DNA of 64,000 nucleotides from Clostridia bacterium (GTDB lineage Bacteria; Bacillota; Clostridia; Christensenellales; CAG-138): NCBI GenBank assembly GCA_017388175.1, contig JAFOTD010000073.1, positions 206 to 64,205 of the forward strand, read 5' to 3'. Shown piece by piece: positions 34,141 to 43,627 of this stretch (position 1 is its first letter; each line of letters starts with the position of its first letter). The notes under the pieces were generated by a model. It saw only the letters and a program-made list of their open reading frames with translations, ran no database searches and was not told where the DNA came from. The position numbers and the translations under genes were made by a program.

Positions 34141-35970
34141 ATGAGTTATCCGATTCTGGATAAGATTAACGGAATAAGCGATCTCAAGGCGCTGAAGGAA
34201 GAGCAGCTTCCGGCGCTTTGCGAGGAACTGCGCGCATTTTTGGTCGAGCACGTATCGCAAACGGGCGGGCATCTTGCCTCGAGCCTCGGCGCGGTCGATC
34301 TGATCGTTGCGATGCATTACGTGTTCGACAGCCCGAATGACAAGCTGATCTTTGACGTCGGGCATCAGGCATATGCGCATAAAATTCTGACCGGCCGCAA
34401 AGAAGCGTTTTCCACGCTACGTCAGGAAAACGGCATTTCCGGCTTTCCGAAGCATTCCGAAAGCGAGCACGACATCTTCAATACCGGTCACGCAAGCACT
34501 GCGATTTCCGCGGCGCTCGGCCTTGCGCGCGCGATGCGGTTAAACGGCGATCCGCATATGGCGGTTGCGCTCGTCGGAGACGGAGCGATGACCGGCGGAT
34601 TGTCGCTGGAGGCGCTGGACGACGCCGGACAGGACAAGCTTCCGCTTCTGATTATTCTGAACGACAACCAGATGTCTATTTCAAAAAACGTCGGTGGCAT
34701 TAAGGATTCGCTGACGACTATGCGTACCAACCGCACCTATAATGCGTTCAAGCGATCGCTGACAGGCGTATTGGAAACGAGTCGGTTCGGGAAGCTTTTG
34801 AGCCGGCACATGGAGCATTTTAAGAACCGTGCTAAACGGTTTTTGGCGCCGAATCTCCCGTTTGAAGAGTTCGGAATCCTGTATCTCGGGCCGATCGACG
34901 GACATGACGTTCGCAAAGTTGTCAAGTATCTGCGCCGCTGCAGGGAACTGAATAAGCCGATGATCCTGCACGCGATCACAACGAAGGGAAAGGGATATCC
35001 TTTTGCTGTCGAGAATCCTGAGAAATTCCACGGGATTGCCCCGTTTGAGGTCATGACCGGAAAGGTCAGCGCCGAGCGGCAGAAGACTTGCTCCGAGGTG
35101 TTCGGTGAAACGATGCTTCGTCTTGCAAAGGAGAATGAAAAAATCGTTGCGATCACCGCGGCAATGCCGAGCGGGACGGGACTGACAGAGTTTGCAAAAA
35201 CCTATCCGGACCGGTTTTTCGACGTTGGAATTGCCGAGGCGCACGCGATTACCATGGCGGCGGGGCTCGCGCGCGGCGGGCTTCGTCCGGTGGCGGCAAT
35301 CTATTCGTCGTTCCTGCAGCGCGCATACGATTCCATTCTGCATGACGTATGCCTGCAAAATCTGCCGGTTGTGATTGCGGTTGATCGCGCGGGGCTGGTC
35401 GGAGCCGACGGGGAAACCCATCAGGGTATCTTTGATCCGGCGTTCCTTTCCACTATGCCGCATCTTGCGGTCTATGCGCCGTCTTCCCAAAAGGAGCTTT
35501 CCGCAATGCTCGAGATGGCGGTTTCCAGAAAAGAACCGAGCGCGGTGCGGTATCCGCGCGGTTCGCTCCCGGATGTGCCAATGAAAACGAAACTGTATTT
35601 CGGCGAATGGGAGATCGTAGAGCCGATCCAAAAAACCGTCATCGTCACGTACGGAACGCTGCTTCCGCTTGCAAAATGGGTTGCGAAAAAGAAAGGCGTC
35701 GGGCTTATCAACGCACGGTTTTTACAGCCGGTCGATGAAGAAATGGTCGCCTATTTCCGTGAAAACGATACGCGGATTCTGGTACTTGAAGAAAACACGG
35801 TTTCGCTTGGCGAAAAGATTGCGCTTCTTGCGAATCCCTGCCGTGTCCGTTCGATCGCGCTCCCGTGCGAACCAGTTGCGCATGCGTCTGTGACTAGGCA
35901 ACGCGAGCGTTACGGCTTTACGGAAGAGAACGTCACAAAGGAATTGCTGGAATTGATGGAGGAAGCATGA
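34141..35970 (+). CDS. dxs: 1-deoxy-D-xylulose-5-phosphate synthase
   Basis: GGHLASSLGAVDL, the ThDP motif GDGAMTGG...NDN, and GIAEAHAITMAAGLA. Confidence 0.95.
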   Translation: MSYPILDKINGISDLKALKEEQLPALCEELRAFLVEHVSQTGGHLASSLGAVDLIVAMHYVFDSPNDKLIFDVGHQAYAHKILTGRKEAFSTLRQENGISGFPKHSESEHDIFNTGHASTAISAALGLARAMRLNGDPHMAVALVGDGAMTGGLSLEALDDAGQDKLPLLIILNDNQMSISKNVGGIKDSLTTMRTNRTYNAFKRSLTGVLETSRFGKLLSRHMEHFKNRAKRFLAPNLPFEEFGILYLGPIDGHDVRKVVKYLRRCRELNKPMILHAITTKGKGYPFAVENPEKFHGIAPFEVMTGKVSAERQKTCSEVFGETMLRLAKENEKIVAITAAMPSGTGLTEFAKTYPDRFFDVGIAEAHAITMAAGLARGGLRPVAAIYSSFLQRAYDSILHDVCLQNLPVVIAVDRAGLVGADGETHQGIFDPAFLSTMPHLAVYAPSSQKELSAMLEMAVSRKEPSAVRYPRGSLPDVPMKTKLYFGEWEIVEPIQKTVIVTYGTLLPLAKWVAKKKGVGLINARFLQPVDEEMVAYFRENDTRILVLEENTVSLGEKIALLANPCRVRSIALPCEPVAHASVTRQRERYGFTEENVTKELLELMEEA

Positions 35971-36788
35971 CAAAGATACGTCTGGACGTGGAAATGGTAT
36001 CGAGAGGACTCTGCCCCTCTCGCGAAAAAGCGCGGGCGCTGATCCTTGCGGGCGAGGTTCGTGTAAACGGCGTCCGGGCGGAAAAAGCGGGGCAGGAGAT
36101 TGCACCCGACGCCGAGGTTACGGTTGTGGAGGATGCAATTCCGTTTGTGAGCCGCGGCGGGTTGAAGCTCGATAAGGCGGTTAAAACGTTTCCGATCAAC
36201 CTCCGCGGCCGCGTTTGCGCCGATATCGGCGCGTCCACCGGCGGGTTTACGGACGTTATGCTGAAGAACGGCGCAAATCACGTATATGCCATCGACGTCG
36301 GATACGGCCAGCTCGACTGGTCATTGCGAAACGATCCGCGCGTCACTGTCATGGAACGTACCAACGCCAGATTCATGACACCCGAATGGTTTCGGGAACC
36401 GATCACGTTTGCTTCCATTGACGTTTCCTTTATTTCGCTCCGACTGATTCTGCCGCCGCTTTTCGATAGTCTTTCCGATACGGGGGAGGTCGTTGCGCTG
36501 ATCAAGCCGCAGTTTGAAGCCGGCCGATCCGAGATCGGAAAAAACGGCGTTGTTCGCGATGCGGCCGTGCATGAGCGCGTGATCCGCGATATGCTTTCCT
36601 TTGCAGATGGAACGGGGTTCAGCGTTCTCGGACTGTCTTTTTCACCGATCACCGGGCCGAAGGGAAATATTGAGTACCTTTTATACATGCAAAAGGTTAG
36701 TCCCAAAAATGACGCAACTTTGCATAAAATCTCAGAACAAGTCCCTGAAATCGTGAAAAAGTCGCATCTTTTGGACAAAAACGGTTAA
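35967..36788 (+). CDS. tlyA: TlyA family 16S/23S rRNA (cytidine-2'-O)-methyltransferase
   Basis: S4 domain (RLDVEMVSRGLCPSREKARALILAGEV) plus FtsJ-like motif DIGASTGGFTD. ATGA overlap with dxs. Confidence 0.88.
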   Translation: MTKIRLDVEMVSRGLCPSREKARALILAGEVRVNGVRAEKAGQEIAPDAEVTVVEDAIPFVSRGGLKLDKAVKTFPINLRGRVCADIGASTGGFTDVMLKNGANHVYAIDVGYGQLDWSLRNDPRVTVMERTNARFMTPEWFREPITFASIDVSFISLRLILPPLFDSLSDTGEVVALIKPQFEAGRSEIGKNGVVRDAAVHERVIRDMLSFADGTGFSVLGLSFSPITGPKGNIEYLLYMQKVSPKNDATLHKISEQVPEIVKKSHLLDKNG

Positions 36789-36806
36789 AGTTTATTCATA
36801 ATTTCC

Positions 36807-36835
36807 TTGCCATTTTTCGTTTTCAATTGTATAAT
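36807..36835 (+). promoter_or_regulatory. sigma-A type promoter TTGCCA-17-TATAAT upstream of nadK
   Basis: TTGCCA at 36807-36812 and TATAAT at 36830-36835. Confidence 0.55.
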
Positions 36836-36869
36836 GAGTGCGTAATATTCACAGGTGGGAGGTTGCGTT

Positions 36870-37655
36870 ATGCACCTTGTTTTTGCGGCGCACGCCGGAA
36901 AATCATCGCTTGCCGCCGCCTGCCGGAGATTGATGCACGCAGCCGAGAAGGAAGGCGTTTCCTGCTCGCTGCTCGGATCGGACGGTGTACCCGCGCAAAC
37001 GGAAGACGCTGCGATTGTTGCGGTCGGCGGAGACGGAAACTTTATCCGGACGGCGCAGATTGCCTGCCGCAATCATCTTCCCCTGTTCGGGGTGAATTGC
37101 GGACGCGTTGGCTTTCTGACCGAATGGACCGAGGAAACCTTTCCGGCAGCGGTTCAAAGAATTCTCGCCGGGGCGTATTCGATCGAAGAACGCAAGATGC
37201 TTTCCGTCAGCGTGAACGGGGAACCCCTTCGTGATTGCTTCAACGATTTGCTTGTTTATAAGCATTCGTTTTCGGGCGTCGTTCAGTTTTCCCTTGAGAT
37301 GAACGAACAGGGGACAGGCGATCTATTCGGCGACGGACTTGTGATCGCAACATCGATAGGGACGACCGGGTATTCGCTCTCCGCGGGCGGGCCGATTCTT
37401 GCGGACGGATTGGAAGCGATGGTTGTCACGCCGATCTGTGCGCACACGCTGCATTTCAGGCCGGTGGTATGCGCAATGGATTCATCCGTGACGATCACGA
37501 TGAACGGAAAAGGATTTCTTGCTGCGGATGGGGATCGGTTTCGTACCGTTTCCAAAGGGGACCGCATCAAGGTTACACAGTCGGAGCGGGTTACAAGACT
37601 GATGAAGTTTCAGAACCGCAATCTGTTCCGCTTGATATCGGAAAAACTGACATAA
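36870..37655 (+). CDS. nadK: NAD(+) kinase
   Basis: ATG 36870 follows GGGAGG. Motifs GGDGNFIR and GVNCGRVGFL. Confidence 0.88.
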   Translation: MHLVFAAHAGKSSLAAACRRLMHAAEKEGVSCSLLGSDGVPAQTEDAAIVAVGGDGNFIRTAQIACRNHLPLFGVNCGRVGFLTEWTEETFPAAVQRILAGAYSIEERKMLSVSVNGEPLRDCFNDLLVYKHSFSGVVQFSLEMNEQGTGDLFGDGLVIATSIGTTGYSLSAGGPILADGLEAMVVTPICAHTLHFRPVVCAMDSSVTITMNGKGFLAADGDRFRTVSKGDRIKVTQSERVTRLMKFQNRNLFRLISEKLT

Positions 37656-37672
37656 TTTGAGGTATTGGAGTC

Positions 37673-38122
37673 ATGAAACCGAAAAGACATGCGATGATTT
37701 TAAAACTGATCGCTGCTGAGAATATCGAAACGCAGGAGGAGCTCGCGACGCTTTTGAGCGCCCAGGGCTTTAATGTGACACAGGCAACCGTTTCCCGTGA
37801 TATTAAGGAACTCCGCCTGATCAAAGTTCTGACGGGCGAAGGCCGCTATAAATATGCAACCGTGGAAAAAGCGGAATCCGACCTGCAGGAACGTTTTATT
37901 CGCCTGTTCGGAAACTGCGTTGTTTCGATCACGTCCGCGGGCAATCTCATCGTCATTAAGACGATGGCGGGCAGCGCTGCCGTTGCGGCGGAAGCGATCG
38001 ACTCCATGAAATGGCCGGAAATAGCCGGATCCATTGCGGGTGACAATACGGTCTTTGTCGCTGTACGTGAGGGCAAGAATGTTTCCGACATCATCAAGAA
38101 GTTCCAGAAAATGATGAAATAA
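37673..38122 (+). CDS. argR: Arginine repressor
   Basis: KRHAMILKLIAAENIETQEELATLLSAQGFNVTQATVSRDIKEL and GTIAGDNTVFV-type C-terminus. Confidence 0.9.
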   Translation: MKPKRHAMILKLIAAENIETQEELATLLSAQGFNVTQATVSRDIKELRLIKVLTGEGRYKYATVEKAESDLQERFIRLFGNCVVSITSAGNLIVIKTMAGSAAVAAEAIDSMKWPEIAGSIAGDNTVFVAVREGKNVSDIIKKFQKMMK

Positions 38123-38133
38123 CGGAGGGCTTC

Positions 38134-39807
38134 ATGCTCACTCGTTTACAAGTCGCAAATATTGCTTTGATAGATAAGTCCGACATTGTTTTCGATGCGG
38201 GCTTTTCTGTATTGACCGGCGAAACTGGCGCGGGCAAATCGCTGCTGATTGAGTCGGTCAGCTTTGTTCTCGGCGAACGCGCAAGCCGCGACAGCATCCG
38301 CACCGGCGCGGAGAAAGCATCGGTCGAAGCGTGTTTTTTGCTTTCCGCCGATTCTCCGGTCCGCGAATATCTGACGCAGCAGCAGCTTGATAACGGTGAT
38401 GAGCTCGTTTTGTATCGCGAACTCTCCCTGAGCGGAAGGAACGTTTGCCGCGTCAACGGTACGCTTGTGAGCACTGCTGAATTGAAAACGATCGGCGATT
38501 TGCTGGTTGATCTGCACGGACAGCATGCGCACCAGTCGCTTCTGAATCCGGAAACGCATCTTGCCCTGATTGACGCATATGCAAAAAGCGATGCGGACGG
38601 ACTGAAAACGCGGATGGAAGAAGCGCGGCAGGCAGCGTTAAACGCAGAGCGGGATTTGAACATCCTGAAAAACGGTCTTCGGGAACGTGAACGGCGCATC
38701 GACATGATTTCCTATCAGCTTCGGGAAATTGACGCGATCTCTCCGGTGGACGGAGAGGAGGAGCACCTTGAAGCGGACCGACTGCGCATGCGCAATGCGG
38801 AAACGATCGTTGAAGGATTGAACGCGGCGTATGATGCACTTTTCGCCGACGGCGGCGCACTTTCGACGCTGACCGATGCGCGCGAAGCTTTGAATCGGAT
38901 CGGCGAGTATGATGAAGCATATCGGAAGATGTCCGAACAGACCGACGACGCGTATTATGCAATTGAAGACGTCGCATACGAACTGCGCGACAGCCGCGAT
39001 GCGTTTCGCTTTGATCCCGCGCTGCTGGAGCAAACGGAAAGTCGCCTTGCCTCGATACAAAACCTGAAACGCAAGTACGGTTCGACGATTGCGGACATTC
39101 TTGCGTATCGGGAAAAAATAGAGAACGAATATCGTGTTTTGAACGACGGCGAAAATCGCGTGGAGGAGTTGGAACAGGCGTATCGGGATGCGGTTGATTC
39201 GTTCGGCGTGCTTGCCGAAAAGCTCTCCGAACGGCGCAAAGCAGCGTCGAAACAATTGATGCGGGAAACAGTTAAAGAGTTGAACGAAATGGGCATGCCG
39301 CATGCGGCCATGGAAACAGAGTTTACTCCGATTCCGAAGGAGCAGCTTGCGGAAACCGGCATCGACACGGCCGCGTTTTTGCTCTCAGCAAACCGCGGAG
39401 AGCCTGTTAAGCCGCTTATCAAAGTGGCGAGCGGCGGCGAGATGTCGCGCATTATGTTGGCGATGAAGGCGGCGCTGTCCGAAGCGGATCACATTGAAAC
39501 GTTGATCTTCGACGAGATTGACACCGGCATTTCCGGCATGGTGGCGAACGCGGTTGCGAAAAAAATGCGTGCGCTCGGACGAAGGCATCAGGTGTTATGC
39601 GTTACGCATTTGCCGCAGATCGCCGCGCACGCGGACGCGCAGTACGTTGCATATAAGTATTCCGACGCGGAAAAAACGCACAGTATTACAAGAAGATTGA
39701 CAGAATCAGAGCGTCCGAGGGAAATCGCACGGATCATGGGCAGCGGCGACGACGATGCGACTGCGATGGAACATGCGAAACGCCTGATCGCTGCCGCAAA
39801 AGAATAG
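38134..39807 (+). CDS. recN: DNA repair protein RecN
   Basis: Walker A GETGAGKS, a long coiled coil, and the signature ASGGEMSRIMLA plus Walker B LIFDEIDTG. Confidence 0.93.
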   Translation: MLTRLQVANIALIDKSDIVFDAGFSVLTGETGAGKSLLIESVSFVLGERASRDSIRTGAEKASVEACFLLSADSPVREYLTQQQLDNGDELVLYRELSLSGRNVCRVNGTLVSTAELKTIGDLLVDLHGQHAHQSLLNPETHLALIDAYAKSDADGLKTRMEEARQAALNAERDLNILKNGLRERERRIDMISYQLREIDAISPVDGEEEHLEADRLRMRNAETIVEGLNAAYDALFADGGALSTLTDAREALNRIGEYDEAYRKMSEQTDDAYYAIEDVAYELRDSRDAFRFDPALLEQTESRLASIQNLKRKYGSTIADILAYREKIENEYRVLNDGENRVEELEQAYRDAVDSFGVLAEKLSERRKAASKQLMRETVKELNEMGMPHAAMETEFTPIPKEQLAETGIDTAAFLLSANRGEPVKPLIKVASGGEMSRIMLAMKAALSEADHIETLIFDEIDTGISGMVANAVAKKMRALGRRHQVLCVTHLPQIAAHADAQYVAYKYSDAEKTHSITRRLTESERPREIARIMGSGDDDATAMEHAKRLIAAAKE

Positions 39808-39822
39808 CCGTTATTTTGATAC

Positions 39823-39846
39823 GCCTTCGTTTGAAGGCTTTTTTTG
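39823..39846 (+). terminator. Rho-independent terminator after recN
   Basis: GCCUUCGUUUGAAGGC followed by UUUUUUU. Confidence 0.7.
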
Positions 39847-39875
39847 TATGGTTTTTTTCGGTTTTGCACACCATA
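39846..39875 (+). promoter_or_regulatory. Putative forespore (sigma-F/G type) promoter GTATG-N18-CACCATA upstream of spoIVB
   Basis: It resembles the sigma-G consensus GHATR-N17/18-CATXHTA and sits just upstream of the spoIVB SD. Motif match only. Confidence 0.3.
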
Positions 39876-39894
39876 CCGAAAAGGAGCAAAACGA

Positions 39895-41100
39895 ATGAAA
39901 CGTGTTTTTCGTATGGTTACGGCGCTCTTCGCACTCGTTCTTTTGGGATGGTTTTTTTCTCCGCACGTGTATGGCGTGCTGCATCTCCCGGACGCCGTGA
40001 ATCCCGGTGTCGATTTTTCCGCGCCTGCGATTGTCACGCAGACGCAAAGTGCAAGGTTTGTAAGAGAGAGCGGCGATGAGCGGTTGACAGATGCTGCAAA
40101 TCAATCTGTAACGATTTCGCTGTTCGGCGTCCTCCCTTTGAAATCTGTCACGGTTGCTTCAAAGGTAAGATCGGTCAATCTCAGCGGAGTGGCGGTTGGC
40201 GTGATTCTCAAAACAGAGGGCGTGCAGATCGTAGGGTTCGATCGAATCGAAACAGCGAGCGGAACCGTTTGTCCGGCAATCTCGGCAGGATTGCGCGAGG
40301 GAGATATGATCAGCGCGGTGAACGGAGAACCGGTTGCGGACGCAAAGTCCTTTTCTAAGCTGTGCGAGACATCGGGTGGAAGATGTACCCTGTCCTGCAT
40401 GCGTGAAGGGGAACGGTTTTCGGTGCAGGTCGAGCTGAAACCGGATGCAAACGGAGTTTTGCGGCTCGGCGCATGGGTGCGGGACAGCACGTCGGGAATC
40501 GGCACGCTCTCGTTTTACGAGCAGGATACGAGCGCATATGCGGCGTTGGGACATGGTGTTACCGATGTGGATACGCAAAAGCTGATCGCCCCCGCAAGCG
40601 GTTTTTTGACTGCTGCGGATGTCGTATACGTTCGAAAGGGCGGCGGAGGAGCCGCCGGTGAGCTGATTGGTCATTTCTCTCTCGACGAAAAGGATGCGAT
40701 CGCAACGGTTGATCGCAATACCTCGTTCGGCATCAGCGGAACGCTCACGGCTTTTCATGACCCTGAGCCGCAATCCGTCCAGATTGCACCTGCAAGTGCA
40801 GCGCATAAAGGCGAAGCATATATCCTTTCTACCGTCGACGGTGAAACGAAAGCGTATTCGGTTCGCGTGATTCGGGTTGACGTTCAGTCGTCACCGGAAA
40901 CACAGGGCATGATGATTGAAATCACAGATCCGGAACTGCTTGATAAAACAGGTGGAATCGTGCAGGGAATGAGCGGAAGTCCGGTCGTTCAGGACGGTCG
41001 GCTGGTCGGCGTCGTTACACACGTCTTTTTGAGCCGCCCTGCAAGAGGATACTGCCTGTATGCCGAATGGATGGCCGACGAGCTGCTGCCAACCGGATAA
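39895..41100 (+). CDS. spoIVB: SpoIVB peptidase (S55 signalling serine protease)
   Basis: ATG 39895 lies 8 nt after AAGGAG. It has a signal anchor, a PDZ domain (GLREGDMISAVNGEPV) and the catalytic segment GIVQGMSGSPVVQDGRLVGVVTHVF. Confidence 0.9.
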   Translation: MKRVFRMVTALFALVLLGWFFSPHVYGVLHLPDAVNPGVDFSAPAIVTQTQSARFVRESGDERLTDAANQSVTISLFGVLPLKSVTVASKVRSVNLSGVAVGVILKTEGVQIVGFDRIETASGTVCPAISAGLREGDMISAVNGEPVADAKSFSKLCETSGGRCTLSCMREGERFSVQVELKPDANGVLRLGAWVRDSTSGIGTLSFYEQDTSAYAALGHGVTDVDTQKLIAPASGFLTAADVVYVRKGGGGAAGELIGHFSLDEKDAIATVDRNTSFGISGTLTAFHDPEPQSVQIAPASAAHKGEAYILSTVDGETKAYSVRVIRVDVQSSPETQGMMIEITDPELLDKTGGIVQGMSGSPVVQDGRLVGVVTHVFLSRPARGYCLYAEWMADELLPTG

Positions 41101-41193
41101 ATTCTTCACATTTTTACCGAAATATGTCAAAAAACAGATGTAGATTATACGCGTCGGTTTGTGTCACAATGAAGACGAATGAAAGGGAACCGT

Positions 41194-41907
41194 ATGCGTA
41201 TTTTATTGTTGACCGAAAATCGGGAAACCGCAAAAGCATATCGAATTGCAGCCGATGAAAAAGGCGCTTTCAGGCTGAGCGTGGTAAAGAACCTGCCGCA
41301 GGCTTTGGAATGCCTGTATCGTATTCCGTTTGACGCTTTGATTTCCGAAGACATCGCCGTCCTTCATCCGGCAATTCTCAAACGTCCGGTTCTTTGGCCG
41401 AATAATCTGTTTCTGCTGCTCCGCAATCCTTTGAAGTATGACCGGGTTCCGGACGCATTGACGTACTGCTTTTTGCAGGGAAGCGATCCGAATGACGTAC
41501 TATCGTTTGTCAATTCATTCCCGAAAGGACAAAAAAGAGTCAATGACGCTGAGGCCAGAATCTCACGTTTCCTGCAGCGGATCGGCGTTCCTGTTTCGCT
41601 GTACGGCTTTTCCTATCTGAGGGAAGCAGTTCGCTTGCTGCTGCTGCAGGACCGTATAACCGATATTCGAACGGTATATGACTTGTACGAGATCCTGTCC
41701 GATGAAATGAACGTAGGGACAACCGTGATTGAACATGCGATGCGGCATGCAATCAATGCAGCTTGGATTCGCGCGGATACGCGAATGCTGGAAAGCGTTT
41801 TCGGGTATACGGTAGACGCGGACCGCGCGACGCCGTCGAACGCGGCCTTTCTGTTTCGGGCGGCAGACTATATCAGAATCATGACAGGGGAGGACTTATT
41901 TTCATGA
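41194..41907 (+). CDS. Spo0A-like transcription factor: degenerate receiver domain plus Spo0A_C DNA-binding domain
   Basis: The C-terminal half aligns with Spo0A (GVPVSLYGFSYLREAV, HAMRHAINAAW, SVFGYTV..ATPSNAAFL). The N-terminal half has a receiver-like beta/alpha pattern but reads LTEN / SEDIAV / LLRN / LQGS where Spo0A has ADDN / LDIIMP / MLTA / LKPF. The alternative start is ATG 41179. Confidence 0.75.
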   Translation: MRILLLTENRETAKAYRIAADEKGAFRLSVVKNLPQALECLYRIPFDALISEDIAVLHPAILKRPVLWPNNLFLLLRNPLKYDRVPDALTYCFLQGSDPNDVLSFVNSFPKGQKRVNDAEARISRFLQRIGVPVSLYGFSYLREAVRLLLLQDRITDIRTVYDLYEILSDEMNVGTTVIEHAMRHAINAAWIRADTRMLESVFGYTVDADRATPSNAAFLFRAADYIRIMTGEDLFS

Positions 41908-42386
41908 CGTTGGAAGAGATGGAGCGGATGGAGGAGCAGCTCAGATCCGAATACACCGATCCGGATATGCTGCTGAATGCAACGATCAACACAATTATGC
42001 GAACACTCGGCGTTTCTGCAAAGTTGCTCGGCTATCGGTATATTTTCCTTGCCGTTCGATTTATCAGAACGCGCCCGCCGAAACTTCGGTCGACGACAAA
42101 AAAGGAACTGTATCCATACATCGAAAAATGCATGAATACGACAAAGCCGATGATCATGCGTACGATGCATTATGCGATCACGCACGCGTGGAAGCGCGCC
42201 GACCCCGATATTCTTTATTCCTATCTCGGGTTGCGCGGGAAAAATCTTAAAGATCCTCCGGGAAATCTTGAGTTTATTTATCTGGTTGCCGAGCGAGTCC
42301 GCCTGATCATCGGAGATCCGATGTGGGAGGAGCATTATCAACAAGTGCTTGCCGAGGCAAGAAAACGGTATTCGTGGTTAAACTGA
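41904..42386 (+). CDS. Receiver-less Spo0A_C-domain protein (160 aa)
   Basis: ATGA overlap with the upstream gene; SD GGGGAGG. LGYRYIFLAVRFI, RTMHYAITHAW and PPGNLEFIYLVAERV are collinear with the Spo0A C-terminal effector domain. There is no receiver domain. Confidence 0.7.
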   Translation: MTLEEMERMEEQLRSEYTDPDMLLNATINTIMRTLGVSAKLLGYRYIFLAVRFIRTRPPKLRSTTKKELYPYIEKCMNTTKPMIMRTMHYAITHAWKRADPDILYSYLGLRGKNLKDPPGNLEFIYLVAERVRLIIGDPMWEEHYQQVLAEARKRYSWLN

Positions 42387-42416
42387 TTGACGAATCCGGT
42401 CACCGTATGCTAAAAT
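42387..42416 (+). promoter_or_regulatory. sigma-A type promoter TTGACG-18-TAAAAT upstream of deoB
   Basis: TTGACG at 42387-42392 and TAAAAT at 42411-42416. Confidence 0.45.
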
Positions 42417-42448
42417 TATATAAAATGACAGCATAGAGGTGCAACATA

Positions 42449-43624
42449 ATGAAGAAAAGAGCAATTCTGATTGTGCTTGACAGCGCGGGGATTGGGTATT
42501 TGCCGGATGCTGCGGACTTCGGCGACGTCGGCGCAAATACGATCTGTAACATTTTTGATAAGCGCGGACGCCTCGACGTTCCGAATATGAAAAAGCTCGG
42601 GCTTGCGCATATCGACGGGTGCAGCCTTCCGAAAGATGATGATGAACTGATCGGAAGCTACTGCAAGTGTGCCGAACAGACGCACGCGAAAGACACGACC
42701 TGCGGACACTGGGAGATGGCGGGGCTTGCGCTGGAAGAGGCTTTTAAAACGTATCCGAACGGATTCCCGAAAGCGTTCATGGAAGCGTTTGAACAACGGA
42801 TCGGCCGCGGTACGCTCGGCAACGTCGTTGCAAGCGGCACGCAAATCATTCAGGAGCTCGGCGACGAGCATGTGCGAACGGGCAAGCCGATCGTCTATAC
42901 GAGCGCAGACAGCGTGTTCCAGATTGCAGCGCATGAGGAAGTGATTCCGCTTCCGGAGCTGTACCGTATCTGTGAGATTGCGCGTGAGATGCTCGTCGGC
43001 GAATACCTGGTCGGTCGCGTGATTGCGCGTCCGTTCATCGGCAGGAACGGGAATTATCAGCGGACAGAAAACCGCAAGGATTACGCGGTTGAGCCATTTA
43101 AGGACACAATTCTTGACGGTCTTTCCGCAAAGGGGATGGACGTTGTGGGAATCGGCAAGATCGAGGATATCTTTTGCCACAGAGGCATTACGACCGTCGA
43201 TCACACCAAGAACAATCCGGACGGAATCAAAGCGACACAGCGCTTTTTAGACGAGGGAACCGGCGATTTCATCTTTACGAACCTCGTTGATACCGATATG
43301 CTGTATGGCCATCGAAACGATTGGGAAGGGTATGGAAAGGCGCTTGAGTATTTCGATGCACATTTGCCGGAAATGTATCTTTCGATGCGTGAAGGCGATA
43401 TCCTGATGGTGACTGCGGACCATGGCTGCGACCCGACGTTTCCTGGAACGGATCATACGCGCGAATACATTCCGCTTCTGATCTGCGGTCAGCATATCAA
43501 GCACGGCGTCAACCTCGGCGTACGGAAGCAGTTTTCCGACATCGGCGCAACGATCTATGAATATCTCACCGGTGAAAGCTGGCGGGAAGGTAAATCATTC
43601 TTAAAGGATATCTGGGAGGATTGA
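42449..43624 (+). CDS. deoB: Phosphopentomutase
   Basis: MKKRAILIVLDSAGIG, TADHGCDP and other alkaline-phosphatase-superfamily motifs typical of DeoB. Confidence 0.93.
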   Translation: MKKRAILIVLDSAGIGYLPDAADFGDVGANTICNIFDKRGRLDVPNMKKLGLAHIDGCSLPKDDDELIGSYCKCAEQTHAKDTTCGHWEMAGLALEEAFKTYPNGFPKAFMEAFEQRIGRGTLGNVVASGTQIIQELGDEHVRTGKPIVYTSADSVFQIAAHEEVIPLPELYRICEIAREMLVGEYLVGRVIARPFIGRNGNYQRTENRKDYAVEPFKDTILDGLSAKGMDVVGIGKIEDIFCHRGITTVDHTKNNPDGIKATQRFLDEGTGDFIFTNLVDTDMLYGHRNDWEGYGKALEYFDAHLPEMYLSMREGDILMVTADHGCDPTFPGTDHTREYIPLLICGQHIKHGVNLGVRKQFSDIGATIYEYLTGESWREGKSFLKDIWED

Positions 43625-43627
43625 AAA

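Noticed and set aside
29348..41100. The long run of overlapping start/stop codons (ATGA, TGATG) from asp23 to tlyA and in spoIIIA, considered as something unusual.
   Set aside because: This is the well-known conserved Firmicute arrangement (spoIIIA-yqhY-nusB-xseAB-ispA-dxs-tlyA-argR-recN-spoIVB). Tight coupling is normal for compact operons, so it is used only as synteny evidence.
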